Below, in pieces: positions 39,201 to 51,900 of a stretch of 64,000 bases of DNA (its first letter is position 1; each line of letters starts with the position of its first letter). The stretch lies in NCBI RefSeq assembly GCF_009914755.1, contig NC_060926.1, one strand, 5' to 3'. Made by a program: the position numbers and the translations under genes. Origin of the DNA: the human T2T-CHM13v2.0 reference genome, Homo sapiens. The notes beneath the pieces are model-generated. The model was not told where the DNA came from, made no database searches, and saw only the letters and a list, made by a program, of their open reading frames with translations.

Positions 39201-42200
39201 TCCCTTTCATAGAGCAGGTTTGAAACACTCTTTTTGTAGTATCTGGATGTGGACATTTGGAGCGCTTTCAGGCCTATGGTGAAAAAGGAAATATCTTCCC
39301 CTGAAAACTAGACAGAAGCATTCTCAGAATCTTATTTGTGATGTGCGCCCTCAACTAACAGTGTTGAAGCTTTCTTTTGATAGAGCAGTTTTGAAACACT
39401 CTTTTTGTAAAATCTGCAAGAAGATATTTGGATAGCTTTGAGGATTTCGTTGGAAACGGGATTGTCTTCATATAAACTCTAGACAGAAGCATTCTCAGAA
39501 GCTTCATTGGGATGTTTCAATTGAAGTCACAGTGTTGAACAGTCCCTTTCATAGAGCAGGTTTGAAACACTCTTTTTGTAGTATCTGGAAGTGGACATCT
39601 GGAGTGCTCTCAGGACTCCGGTGATAAAGGAAATATCTTCCAATAAAAGCTAGATAGAAGCAATGTCAGAAACTTTTTCATGATGTATCTACTCAGCTAA
39701 CAGAGTTGAACCTTTCTTTTGAGAGAGCAGTTTTGAAACACTCTTTTTGTGGAATCTGCAAGTGGATATTTGTCTAGCTTTGAGGATTTCGTTGGAAACG
39801 GGATTACATATAAAAAGCAGACAGCAGCATTCCCAGAAACTTCTTTGTGATGTTTGCATTCAAGTCACAGAGTTGAACATTCCCTTTCATAGAGCAGGTT
39901 TGAAACACTCTTTTTGTAGTATCTGTATGTGGACATTTGGAGCGCTTTCAGGCCTATGGTGAAAAAGGAAATATCTTCCCCTGAAAACTAGACAGAAGCA
40001 TTCTCAGAAACTTATTTGTGATGTGCTCCCTCAACTAACAGTGTTGAACCTTTCTTTTGATAGAGCAGTTTTGAAACACTCTTTTTGTAATATCTGCAAG
40101 AGGATATTTGGATAGCTTTGAGGATTTCGTTGGAAACGGGATTGTCTTCATATAAACTCTAGACAGAAGCATTCTCAGAAGCTTCATTGGGATGTTTCAA
40201 TTGAAGTCACAGTGTTGAACAGTTCCTTTCATAGAACAGGTTTGAAACACTCTTTTTGTAGTATCTGGAAGTGGACATTTGGAGCGCTCTCAGGACTACG
40301 GTGAAAAAGGAAATATCTTCCAATAAAAGCTACATAGAAGCAATGTCAGAAACTTTTTCATGATGTATCTACTCAGCTAACAGAGTTGAACCTTTCCTTT
40401 GAGAGAGCAGTTTTGAAACACTCTTTTTGTGGAATCTGCAAGTGGATATTTGTCTAGCTTTGAGGATTTCGTTGGAAACGGGATTACATATAAAAAGCAG
40501 ACAGCAGCATTCCCAGTAACTTCTTTGTGATGTTTGCATTCAAGTCACAGAGTTGAACATTCCCTTTCATAGAGCAGGTTTGAAACACTCTTTTTGAAGT
40601 ATCTGGATGTGGACATTTGGAGCGCTTTCAGGCCTATGGTGAAAAAGGAAATATCTTCCCCTGAAAACTAGACAGAAGCATTCTCAGAAACTTATTTGTG
40701 ATGTGCGCCCTCAACTAACAGTGTTGAAGCTTTCTTTTGATAGAGCAGTTTTGAAACACTCTTTTTGTAATATCTGCAAGAGGATATTTGGATAGCTTTG
40801 AGGATTTCGTTGGAAACGGGATTGTCTTCATATAAACTCTAGACAGAAGCATTCTCAGAAGCTTCATTGGGATGTTTCAATTGAAGTCACAGTGTTGAAC
40901 AGTCCCTTTCATAGAGCAGGTTTGAAACACTCTTTTTGTAGTATCTGGAAGTGGACATTTGGAGAGATCTCAGGAATACGGTGATAAAGGAAATATCTTC
41001 CAATAAAAGCTAGATAGAAGCAATGTCAGAAACTTTTTCATGATGTATCTACTCAGCTAACAGAGTTGAACCTTTCTTTTGAGAGAGCAGTTTTGAAACA
41101 CTCTTTTTGTGGAATCTGCAAGTGGATATTTGTCTAGCTTTGAGGATTTCGTTGGAAACGGGATTACATATAAAAAGCAGACAGCAGCATTCCCAGAAAC
41201 TTCTTTGTGATGTTTGCATTCAAGTCACAGAGTTGAACATTCCCTTTCATAGAGCAGGTTTGAAACACTCTTTTTGTAGTATCTGGATGCGGACATTTGG
41301 AGCGCTTTCAGGCCTATGGTGAAAAAGGAAATATCTTCCCCTGAAAACTAGACAGAAGCATTCTCAGAAACTTATTTGTGATGTGCGCCCTCAACTAACA
41401 GTTTTGAAGCTTTCTTCTGGTAGAGCAGTTTTGAAACACTCTTTTTGTAATATCTGCAAGAGGATATTTGGATAGCTTTGAGGATTTCGTTGGAAACGGG
41501 ATTGTCTTCATATAAAGTCTAGACAGAAGCATTCTCAGAAGCTTCATTGGGATGTTTCACTTGAAGTCACAGTGTTGAACAGTTCCTTTCATAGAACAGG
41601 TTTGAAACACTCTTTTTGTAGTATCTGGAAGTGGACATTTGGAGGGCTCTCAGGACTATGGTGAAAAAGGAAATATCTTCCAATAAAAGCTACATAGAAG
41701 CAATGTCAGAAACTTTTTCATGATGTATCTACTCAGCTAACAGAGGTGAACCTTTCCTTTGAGAGAGCAGTTTTGAAACACTCTTTTTGTGGAATCTGCA
41801 AGTGGATATTTGTCTAGCTTTGAGGATTTCGTTGGAAACGGGATTACATATAAAAAGCAGACAGCAGCATTCCCAGTAACTTCTTTGTGATGTTTGCATT
41901 CAAGTCACAGAGTTGAACATTCCCTTTCATAGAGCAGGTTTGAAACACTCTTTTTGAAGTATCTGGATGTGGACATTTGGAGCGCTTTCAGGCCTATGGT
42001 GAAAAAGGAAATATCTTCCCCTGAAAACTAGACAGAAGCATTCTCAGAAACTTATTTGTGATGTGCGCCCTCAACTAACAGTGTTGAACCTTTCTTTTGA
42101 TAGAGCAGTTTTGAAACACTCTTTTTGTAATATCTGCAAGAGGATATTTGGATAGCTTTGAGGATTTCGTTGGAAACGGGATTGTCTTCATATAAACTCT

Positions 42201-43185
42201 AGACAGAAGCATTCTCAGAAGCTTCATTGGGATGTTTCAATTGAAGTCACAGTGTTGAACAGTCCCTTTCATAGAGCAGGTTTGAAACACTCTTTTTGTA
42301 GTATCTGGATGTGGACATTTGGAGCGCTTTCAGGCCTATGGTTTAAAAGGAAATATCTTCCCCTGAAAACTAGACAGAAGCATTCTCAGAAACTTATTTG
42401 TGATGTGCGCCCTCAACTAACAGTGTTGAAGCATTCTTTTGATAGAGCAGTTTGAAACACTCTTTTTGTGGAATCTGCAAGTGGATATTTGTCTAGCTTT
42501 GAGGATTTCGTTGGAAACGGGATTACATATAAAAAGCAGACAGCAGCATTCCCAGAAACTTCTTTGTGATGTTTGCATTCAAGTCACAGAGTTGAACATT
42601 CCCTTTCATAGAGCAGGTTTGAAACACTCTTTTTGTAGTATCTGGATGTGGACATTTGGAGCGCTTTCAGGCCTATGGTGAAAAAGGAAATATCTTCCCC
42701 TGAAAACTAGACAGAAGCATTCTCAGAAACTTATTTGTGATGTGCGCCCTCAAATAACAGTGTTGAAGCTTTCTTTTGATAGAGCAGTTTTGAAACACTC
42801 TTTTTGTAATATCTGCAAGAGGATATTTGGATAGCTTTGAGGATTTCGTTGGAAACGGGATTGTCTTCATATAAACTCTAGACAGAAGCATTCTCAGAAG
42901 CTTCATTGGGATATTTCAATTGAAGTCACAGTGTTGAACAGTCCCTTTCATAGAGCAGGTTTGAAACACTCTTTTTGTAGTATCTGGAAGTGGACATTTG
43001 GAGAGATCTCAGGACTACGGTGAAAAAGGAAATATCTTCCAATAAAAGCTAGATAGAAGCAATGTCAGAAACTTTTTCATGATGTATCTACTCAGCTAAC
43101 AGAGTTGAACCTTTCTTTTGAGAGAGCAGTTTTGAAACACTCTTTTTGTGGAATCTGCAAGTGGATATTTGTCTAGCTTTGAGGA
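30269..43185 (+). repeat. Run of 19 units in strict A-B dimer alternation (680-bp register)
   Basis: The span of 12917 bp equals 19x680 minus three 1-bp deletions (~33180, ~35650, ~42450). No dimer is dropped. Confidence 0.82.
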
Positions 43186-43399
43186 TTTCGTTGGAAACGG
43201 GATTACATATAAAAAGCAGACAGCAGCATTCCCAGAATCTTCTTTGTGATGTTTGCATTCAAGTCACAGAGTTGAACATTCCCTTTCATAGAGCAGGTTT
43301 GAAACACTCTTTTTGTAGTATCTGGAAGTGGACATTTGGAGCGCTCTCAGGACTCCGGTGATAAAGGAAATATCTTCCAATAAAAGCTAGATAGAAGCA

Positions 43400-45690
43400 A
43401 TGTCAGAAACTTTTTCATGATGTATCTACTCAGCTAACAGAGTTGAACCTTTCTTTTGAGAGAGCAGTTTTGAAACACTCTTTTTGTGGAATCTGCAAGT
43501 GGATATTTGTCTAGCTTTGAGGATTTCGTTGGAAACGGGATTACCTATAAAAAGCAGACAGCAGCATTCCCAGAAACTTCTTTGTGATGTTTGCATTCAA
43601 GTCACAGAGTTGAACATTCCCTTTCATAGAGCAGGTTTGAAACACTCTTTTTGTAGTATCCGGATGTGGACATTTGGAGCGCTTTCAGGCCTATGGTGAA
43701 AAAGGAAATATCTTCCCCTGAAAACTAGACAGAAGCATTCTCAGAAACTTATTTGTGATGTGCGCCCTCAACTAACAGTGTTGAAGCTTTCTTTTGATAG
43801 AGCAGTTTTGAAACACTCTTTTTGTAATATCTGCAAGAGGATATTTGGATAGCTTTGAGGATTTCGTTGGAAACGGGATTGTCTTCATATAAAGTCTAGA
43901 CAGAAGCATTCTCAGAAGCTTCATTGGGATGTTTCAATTGAAGTCACAGTGTTGAACACTTCCTTTCATAGAACAGGTTTGAAACACACTTTTTGTAGTA
44001 TCTGGAAGTGGACATTTGGAGGGCTCTCAGGACTATGGTGAAAAATTAAATATCTTCCAATAAAAGCTACATAGAAGCAATGTCAGAAACTTTTTCATGA
44101 TGTATCTACTCAGCTAACAGAGGTGAACCTTTCCTTTGAGAGAGCAGTTTTCAAACACTCTTTTTGTGGAATCTGCAAGTGGATATTTGTCTAGCTTTGA
44201 GGATTTCGTTGGAAACGGGATTACATATAAAAAGCAGACAGCAGCATTCCCAGTAACTTCTTTGTGATGTTTGCATTCAAGTCACAGAGTTGAACATTCC
44301 CTTTCATAGAGCAGGTTTGAAACACTCTTTTTGAAGTATCTGGATGTGGACATTTGGAGCGCTTTCAGGCCTATGGTGAAAAAGGAAATATCTTCCCCTG
44401 AAAACTAGACAGAAGCATTCTCAGAAACTTATTTGTGATGTGCGCCCTCAACTAACAGTGTTGAAGCTTTCTTTTGATAGAGCAGTTTTGAAACACTCTT
44501 TTTGTAATATCTGCAAGAGGATATTTGGATAGCTTTGAGGATTTCGTTGGAAACGGGATTGTCTTCATATAAACTCTAGACAGAAGCATTCTCAGAAGCT
44601 TCATTGGGATGTTTCAATTGAAGTCACAGTGTTGAACAGTCCCTTTCATAGAGCAGGTTTGAAACACTCTTTTTGTAGTATCTGGAAGTGGACATTTGGA
44701 GAGATCTCAGGAATACGGTGATAAAGGAAATATCTTCCAATAAAAGCTAGATAGAAGCAATGTCAGAAACTTTTTCATGATGTATCTACTCAGCTAACAG
44801 AGTTGAACCTTTCTTTTGAGAGAGCAGTTTTGAAACACTCTTTTTGTGGAATCTGCAAGTGGATATTTGTCTAGCTTTGAGGATTTCGTTGGAAACGGGA
44901 TTACATATAAAAAGCAGACAGCAGCATTCCCAGAAACTTCTTTGTGATGTTTGCATTCAAGTCACAGAGTTGAACATTCCCTTTCATAGAGCAGGTTTGA
45001 AACACTCTTTTTGTAGTATCCGGATGTGGACATTTGGAGCGCTTTCAGGCCTATGGTGAAAAAGGAAATATCTTCCCCTGAAAACTAGACAGAAGCATTC
45101 TCAGAAACTTATTTGTGATGTGCGCCCTCAACTAACAGTGTTGAAGCTTTCTTTTGATAGAGCAGTTTTGAAACACTCTTTTTGTAATATCTGCAAGAGG
45201 ATATTTGGATAGCTTTGAGGATTTCGTTGGAAACGGGATTGTCTTCATATAAAGTCTAGACAGAAGCATTCTCAGAAGCTTCATTGGGATGTTTCAATTG
45301 AAGTCACAGTGTTGAACAGTTCCTTTCATAGAACAGGTTTGAAACACACTTTTTGTAGTATCTGGAAGTGGACTTTTGGAGGGCTCTCAGGACTATGGTG
45401 AAAAATTAAATATCTTCCAATAAAAGCTACATAGAAGCAATGTCAGAAACTTTTTCATGATGTATCTACTCAGCTAACAGAGGTGAACCTTTCCTTTGAG
45501 AGAGCAGTTTTGAAACACTCTTTTTGTGGAATCTGCAAGTGGATATTTGTCTAGCTTTGAGGATTTCGTTGGAAACGGGATTACATATAAAAAGCAGACA
45601 GCAGCATTCCCAGTAACTTCTTTGTGATGTTTGCATTCAAGTCACAGAGTTGAACATTCCCTTTCATAGAGCAGGTTTGAAACACTCTTT
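43400..45690 (+). repeat. Local 1360-bp (8-mer) tandem duplication
   Basis: ATCCGGATG (43661/45021), AAAGTCTAGA, CACACTTTT, GAGGGCTC, GTGAAAAATTAAA (44041/45401) and AGGTGAACC recur at 1360 bp. Boundaries are approximate. Confidence 0.85.
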
Positions 45691-48600
45691 TTGTAGTATC
45701 TGGATGTGGACATTTGGAGCGCTTTCAGGCCTATGGTGAAAAAGGAAATATCTTCCCCTGAAAACTAGACAGAAGCATTCTCAGAATCTTATTTGTGATG
45801 TGCGCCCTCAACTAACAGTGTTGAAGCTTTCTTTTGATAGAGCAGTTTTGAAACACTCTTTTTGTAAAATCTGCAAGAGGATATTTGGATAGCTTTGAGG
45901 ATTTCGTTGGAAACGGGATTGTCTTCATATAAACTCTAGATAGAAGCATTCTCAGAAGCTTCATTGGGATGTTTCAATTGAAGTCACAGTGTTGAACAGT
46001 CCCTTTCATAGAGCAGGTTTGAAACACTCTTTTTGTAGTATCTGGATGTGGACATTTGGAGCGCTTTCAGGCCTATGGTTTAAAAGGAAATATCTTCCCC
46101 TGAAAACTAGACAGAAGCATTCTCAGAAACTTATTTGTGATGTGCGCCCTCAACTAACAGTGTTGAACCTTTCTTTTGATAGAGCAGTTTTGAAACACTC
46201 TTTTTGTAATATCTGCAAGAGGATATTTGGATAGCTTTGAGGATTTCGTTGGAAACGGGATTACATATAAAAAGCAGACAGCAGCATTCCCATAATCTTG
46301 TTTGTGATGTTTGCATTCAAGTCACAGAGTTGAACATTCCCTTTCAGAGACCAGGTTTGAAACACTCTTTTTATAGTATCTGGATGTGGACATTTGGAGT
46401 GCTTTCAGGCCTGTGGTGAAAAAGGAAATATCTTCTCCTGAAAACTAGACAGAAGCATTCTCAGAATCTTATTTATGATGTGCGCCCTCAACTAACAGTG
46501 TTGAACCTTTCTTTTGATAGAGCAGTTTTGAAACACTCTTTTCGTAAAATCTGCAAGAGGATATTTTGATAGCTTTGAGGATTTCGTTGGAAACGGGATT
46601 GTCTTCATATAAACTCTAGACAGAAGCATTCTCAGAAGCTTCATTGGGATGTTTCAATTGAAGTCACAGTGTTGAACACTCCCTTTCATAGAGCAGGTTT
46701 GAAACACTCTTTTTGTAGTATCTGGAAGTGGACATTTGGAGAGATCTCAGGAATACGGTGATAAAGGAAATATCTTCCAATAAAAGCTACATAGAAGCAA
46801 TGTCAGAAACTTTTTCATGATGTATCTACTCAGCTAACAGAGTTAAACCTTTCTTTTGAGAGAACAGTTTTGAAACACTCTTTTTGTGGAATCTGCAAGT
46901 GGATATTTGTCTAGCTTTGAGGATTTCGTTGGAAACGGGATTACATATAAAAAGCAGACAGCAGCATTCCCAGTAACTTCTTTGTGATGTTTGCATTCAA
47001 GTCACAGAGTTGAACATTCCCTTTCATAGAGCAGGTTTGAAACACTCTTTTTGTAGTATCTGGATGTGGCCATTTGGAGCGCTTTCAGGCCTATGGTGAA
47101 AAAGGAAATATCTTCCCCTGAAAACTAGACAGAAGCATTCTCAGAATCTTATTTGTGATGTGCGCCCTCAACTAACAGTGTTGAAGCTTTCTTTTGATAG
47201 AGCAGTTTTGAAACACTCTTTTTGTAAAATCTGCAAGAGGATATTTGGATAGCTTTGAGGATTTCGTTGGAAACGGGATTGTCTTCATATGAACTCTACG
47301 CAGAAGCATTCTCAGAAGCGTCATTGGGATATTTCAATTGAAGTCACAGTGTTGAACAGTCCCTTTCATAGAGCAGGTTTGAAACACTCTTTTTGTAGTA
47401 TCTGGATGTGGACATTTGGAGCGCTTTCAGGCCTATGGTTTAAAAGGAAATATCTTCCCCTGAAAACTAGACAGAAGCATTCTCAGAAACTTATTTGTGA
47501 TGTGCGCCCTCAACTAACAGTGTTGAAGCATTCTTTTGATAGAGCAGTTTTGAAACACTCTTTTTGTGGAATCTGCAAGTGGATGTTTGTCTAGCTTTGA
47601 GGATTTCGTTGGAAACGGGATTACATATAAAAAGCAGACAGCAGCATTCCCAGAAACTTCTTTGTGATGTTTGCATTCAAGTCACAGAGTTGAACATTCC
47701 CTTTCATAGAGCAGGTTTGAAACACTCTTTTTGTAGTATCTGGATGTGGACATTTGGAGCGCTTTCAGGCCTATGGTGAAAAAGGAAATATCTTCCCCTG
47801 AAAACTAGACAGAAGCATTCTCAGAATCTTATTTGTGATGTGCGCCCTCAACTAACAGTGTTGAAGCTTTCTTTTGATAGAGCAGTTTTGAAACACTCTT
47901 TTTGTAAAATCTGCAAGAGGATATTTGGATAGCTTTGAGGATTTCGTTGGAAACGGGATTGTCTTCATATAAACTCTAGACGGAAGCATTCTCAGAAGCT
48001 TCATTGGGATGTTTCAATTGAAGTCACAGTGTTGAACAGTCCCTTTCATAGAGCAGGTTTGAAACACTCTTTTTGTAGTATCTGGAAGTGGACATTTGGA
48101 GAGATCTCAGGAATACGGTGATAAAGGAAATATCTTCCACTAAAAGCTAGATAGAAGCAATGTCAGAAACTTTTTCATGATGTATCTACTCAGCTAACAG
48201 AGTTGAACCTTTCTTTTGAGAGAGCAGTTTTGAAACACTCTTTTTGTGGAATCTGCAAGTGGATATTTGTCTAGCTTTGAGGATTTCGTTGGAAACGGGA
48301 TTACATATAAAAAGCAGACAGCGGCATTCCCAGAAACTTCTTTGTGATGTTTGCATTCAAGTCACAGAGTTGAACATTCCCTTTCATAGAGCAGGTTTGA
48401 AACACTCTTTTTGTAGTATCTGGATGTGGACATTTGCAGCGCTTTCAGGCCTAAGGTGAAAAAGGAAATATCTTCCCCTGAAAACTAGACAGAAGCATTC
48501 TCAGAAACTTATTTGTGATGTGCGCCCTCAACTAACAGTGTTGAAGCTTTCTTTTGATAGAGCAGTTTTGAAACACTCTTTTTGTGGAATCTGCAAGTGG

Positions 48601-48959
48601 ATATTTGTCTAGCTTTGAGGATTTCGTTGGAAACGGGATTACATATAAAAAGCAGACAGCAGCATTCCCAGAATCTTGTTTGTGATGTTTGCATTCAAGT
48701 CACAGAGTTGAACATTCCCTTTCAGAGAGCAGGTTTGAAACACTCTTTTTATAGTATCTGGATGTGGACATTTGGAGCGCTTTCAGGCCTATGGTGAAAA
48801 AGGAAATATCTTCTCCTGAAAACTAGACAGAAGCATTCTCAGAATCTTATTTGTGATGTGTGCCCTCAACTAACAGTGTTGAAGCTTTCTTTTGATAGAG
48901 CAGTTTTGAAACACTCTTTTTGTAAAATCTGCAAGAGGATATTTGGATAGCTTTGAGGA

Positions 48960-48976
48960 TTTCTTTGGAAACGGGA
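48960..48976 (+). promoter_or_regulatory. Mutated CENP-B box (G5>T, essential base)
   Basis: TTTCTTTGGAAACGGGA. The same variant is at 53715 and 61528. Confidence 0.88.
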
Positions 48977-51900
48977 TTGTCTTCATATAAACTCTAGACA
49001 GAAGCATTCTCAGAAGCTTCATTGGGATGTTTCAATTGAAGTCACAGTGTTGAACAGTCCCTTTCATAGAGCAGGTTTGAAACACTCTTTTTGTAGTATC
49101 TGGATGTGGACATTTGGAGCGCTTTCAGGCCTATGGTGAAAAAGGAAATATCTTCTCCTGAAAACTAGACAGAAGCATTCTCAGAAACTTATTTGTGATG
49201 TGCGCCCTCAACTAACAGTGTTGAAGCTTTCTTTTGATAGAGCAGTTTTGAAACACTCTTTTTGTGGAATCTGCAAGTGGATGTTTGTCTAGCTTTGAGG
49301 ATTTCGTTGGAAACGGGATTACATATAAAAAGCAGACAGCAGCATTCCCAGAATCTTGTTTGTGATGTTTGCATTCAAGTCACAGAGTTGAACATTCCCT
49401 TTCAGAGAGCAGGTTTGAAACACTCTTTTTATAGTATCTGGATGTGGACATTTGGAGCGCTTTCAGGCCTATGGTGAAAAAGGAAATATCTTCTCCTGAA
49501 AACTAGACAGAAGCATTCTCAGAATCTTATTTGTGATGTGCGCCCTCAACTAACAGTGTTGAAACTTTCTTTTGATAGAGCAGTTTTGAAACACTCTTTT
49601 TGTAAAATCTGCAAGAGGATATTTGGATAGCTTTGAGGATTTCGTTGGAAACGGGATTGTCTTCATATAAAATCTAGACAGAAGCATTCTCAGAAGCTTC
49701 ATTGGGATGTTTCAATTGAAGTCACAGTGTTGAACAGTCCCTTTCATAGAGCAGGTTTGAAACACTCTTTTTGTAGTATCTGGAAGTGGACAATTGGAGC
49801 GCTCTCAGGACTGCGGTGAAAAAGGAATTATCTTCCAATAAAAGCTAGATAGAAGCAATGTCAGAAACTTTTTCATGATGTATCTACTCAGCTAACAGAG
49901 TTGAACCTTTCCTTTGAGAGAGCAGTTTTGAAACACTCTTTTTGTGGAATCTGAAAGTGGATATTTGTCTAGCTTTGAGGATTTCGTTGGAAACGGGATT
50001 ACATATTAAAAGCAGACAGCGGCATTCCCAGAAACTTCTTTGTGATGTTTGCATTCAAGTCACAGAGTTGAACATTCCCTTTCATAGAGCAGGTTTGAAA
50101 CACTCTTTTTGTAGTATCTGGATGTGGACATTTGCAGCGCTTTCAGGCCTAAGGTGAAAAAGGAAATATCTTCCCCTGAAAACTAGACAGAAGCATTCTC
50201 AGAAACTTATTTGTGATGTGCGCCCTCAACTAACAGTGTTGAAGCTTTCTTTTGATAGAGCAGTTTTGAAACACTCTTTTTGTGGAATCTGCAAGTGGAT
50301 ATTTGTCTAGCTTTGAGAATTTCGTTGGAAACGGGATTACATATAAAAAGCAGACAGCAGCATTCCCAGAATCTTGTTTGTGATGTTTGCATTCAAGTCA
50401 CAGAGTTGAACATTCCCTTTCAGAGAGCAGGTTTGAAACACTCTTTTTATAGTATCTGGATGTGGACATTTGGAGCGCTTTCAGGCCTATGGTGAAAAAG
50501 GAAATATCTTCTCCTGAAATCTAGACAGAAGCATTCTCAGAATCTTATTTGTGATGTGCACCCTCAACTAACAGTGTTGAAGCTTTCTTTTGATAGAGCA
50601 GTTTTGAAACACTCTTTTCGTAAAATCTGCAAGAGGATATTTGGATAGCTTTGAGGATTTCGTTGGAAACGGGATTGTCTTCATATAAACTCTAGACAGA
50701 AGCATTCTCAGAAGCTTCATTGGGATGTTTCAACTGAAGTCACAGTGTTGAACAGTCCCTTTCATAGAGCAGGTTTGAAACACTCTTTTTGTAGTATCTG
50801 GAAGTGGACATTTGGAGCACTCTCAGGACTGCGGTGAAAAAGGAAATATCTTCCAATAAAAGCTAGATAGAAGCAATGTCAGAAACTTTTTCATGATGTA
50901 TCTACTCAGCTAACAGAGTTGAACCTTCCTTTGAGAGAGCAGTTTTGAAACACTCTTTTTGTGGAATCTGCAAGTGGATATTTGTCTAGCTTTGAGGATT
51001 TCGTTGGAAACGGGATTACATATAAAAAGCAGACAGCGGCATTCCCAGAAACTTCTTTGTGATGTTTGCATTCAAGTCACAGAGTTGAACATTCCCTTTC
51101 ATAGAGCAGGTTTGAAACACTCTTTTTGTAGTATCTGGATGTGGACATTTACAGCGCTTTCAGGCCTAAGGTGAAAAAGGAAATATCTTCCCCTGAAAAC
51201 TAGACAGAAGCATTCTCAGAAACTTATTTGTGATGTGCGCCCTCAACTAACAGTGTTGAAGCTTTCTTTTGATAGAGCAGTTTTGAAAAACTCTTTTTGT
51301 GGAATCTGCAAGTGGATATTTGTCTAGCTTTGAGGATTTCGTTGGAAACGGGATTACATATAAAAAGCAGACAGCAGCATTCCCAGAATCTTGTTTGTGA
51401 TGTTTGCATTCAAGTCACAGAGTTGAACATTCCCTTTCAGAGAGCAGGTTTGAAACACTCTTTTTGTAGTATCTGGATGTGGACATTTGGAGCGCTTTCA
51501 GGCCTATGGTGAAAAAGGAAATATCTTCTCCTGAAAACTAGACAGAAGCATTCTCAGAAACTTATTTGTGATGTGCGCCCTCAACTAACAGTGTTGAACC
51601 TTTCTTTTGATAGAGCAGTTTTGAAACACTCTTTTTGTAATATCTGCAAGAGGATATTTGGATAGCTTTGAGGATTTCGTTGGAAACGGGATTGTCTTCA
51701 TATAAACTCTAGACAGAAGCATTCTCAGAAGCTTCATTGGGATGTTTCAATTGAAGTCACAGTGTTGAACAGTTCCTTTCATAGAACAGGTTTGAAACAC
51801 TCTTTTTGTAGTATCTGGAAGTGGACATTTGGAGCGCTCTCAGGACTATGGTGAAAAAGGAAATATCTTCCAATAAAAGCTACATAGAAGAAATGTCAGA

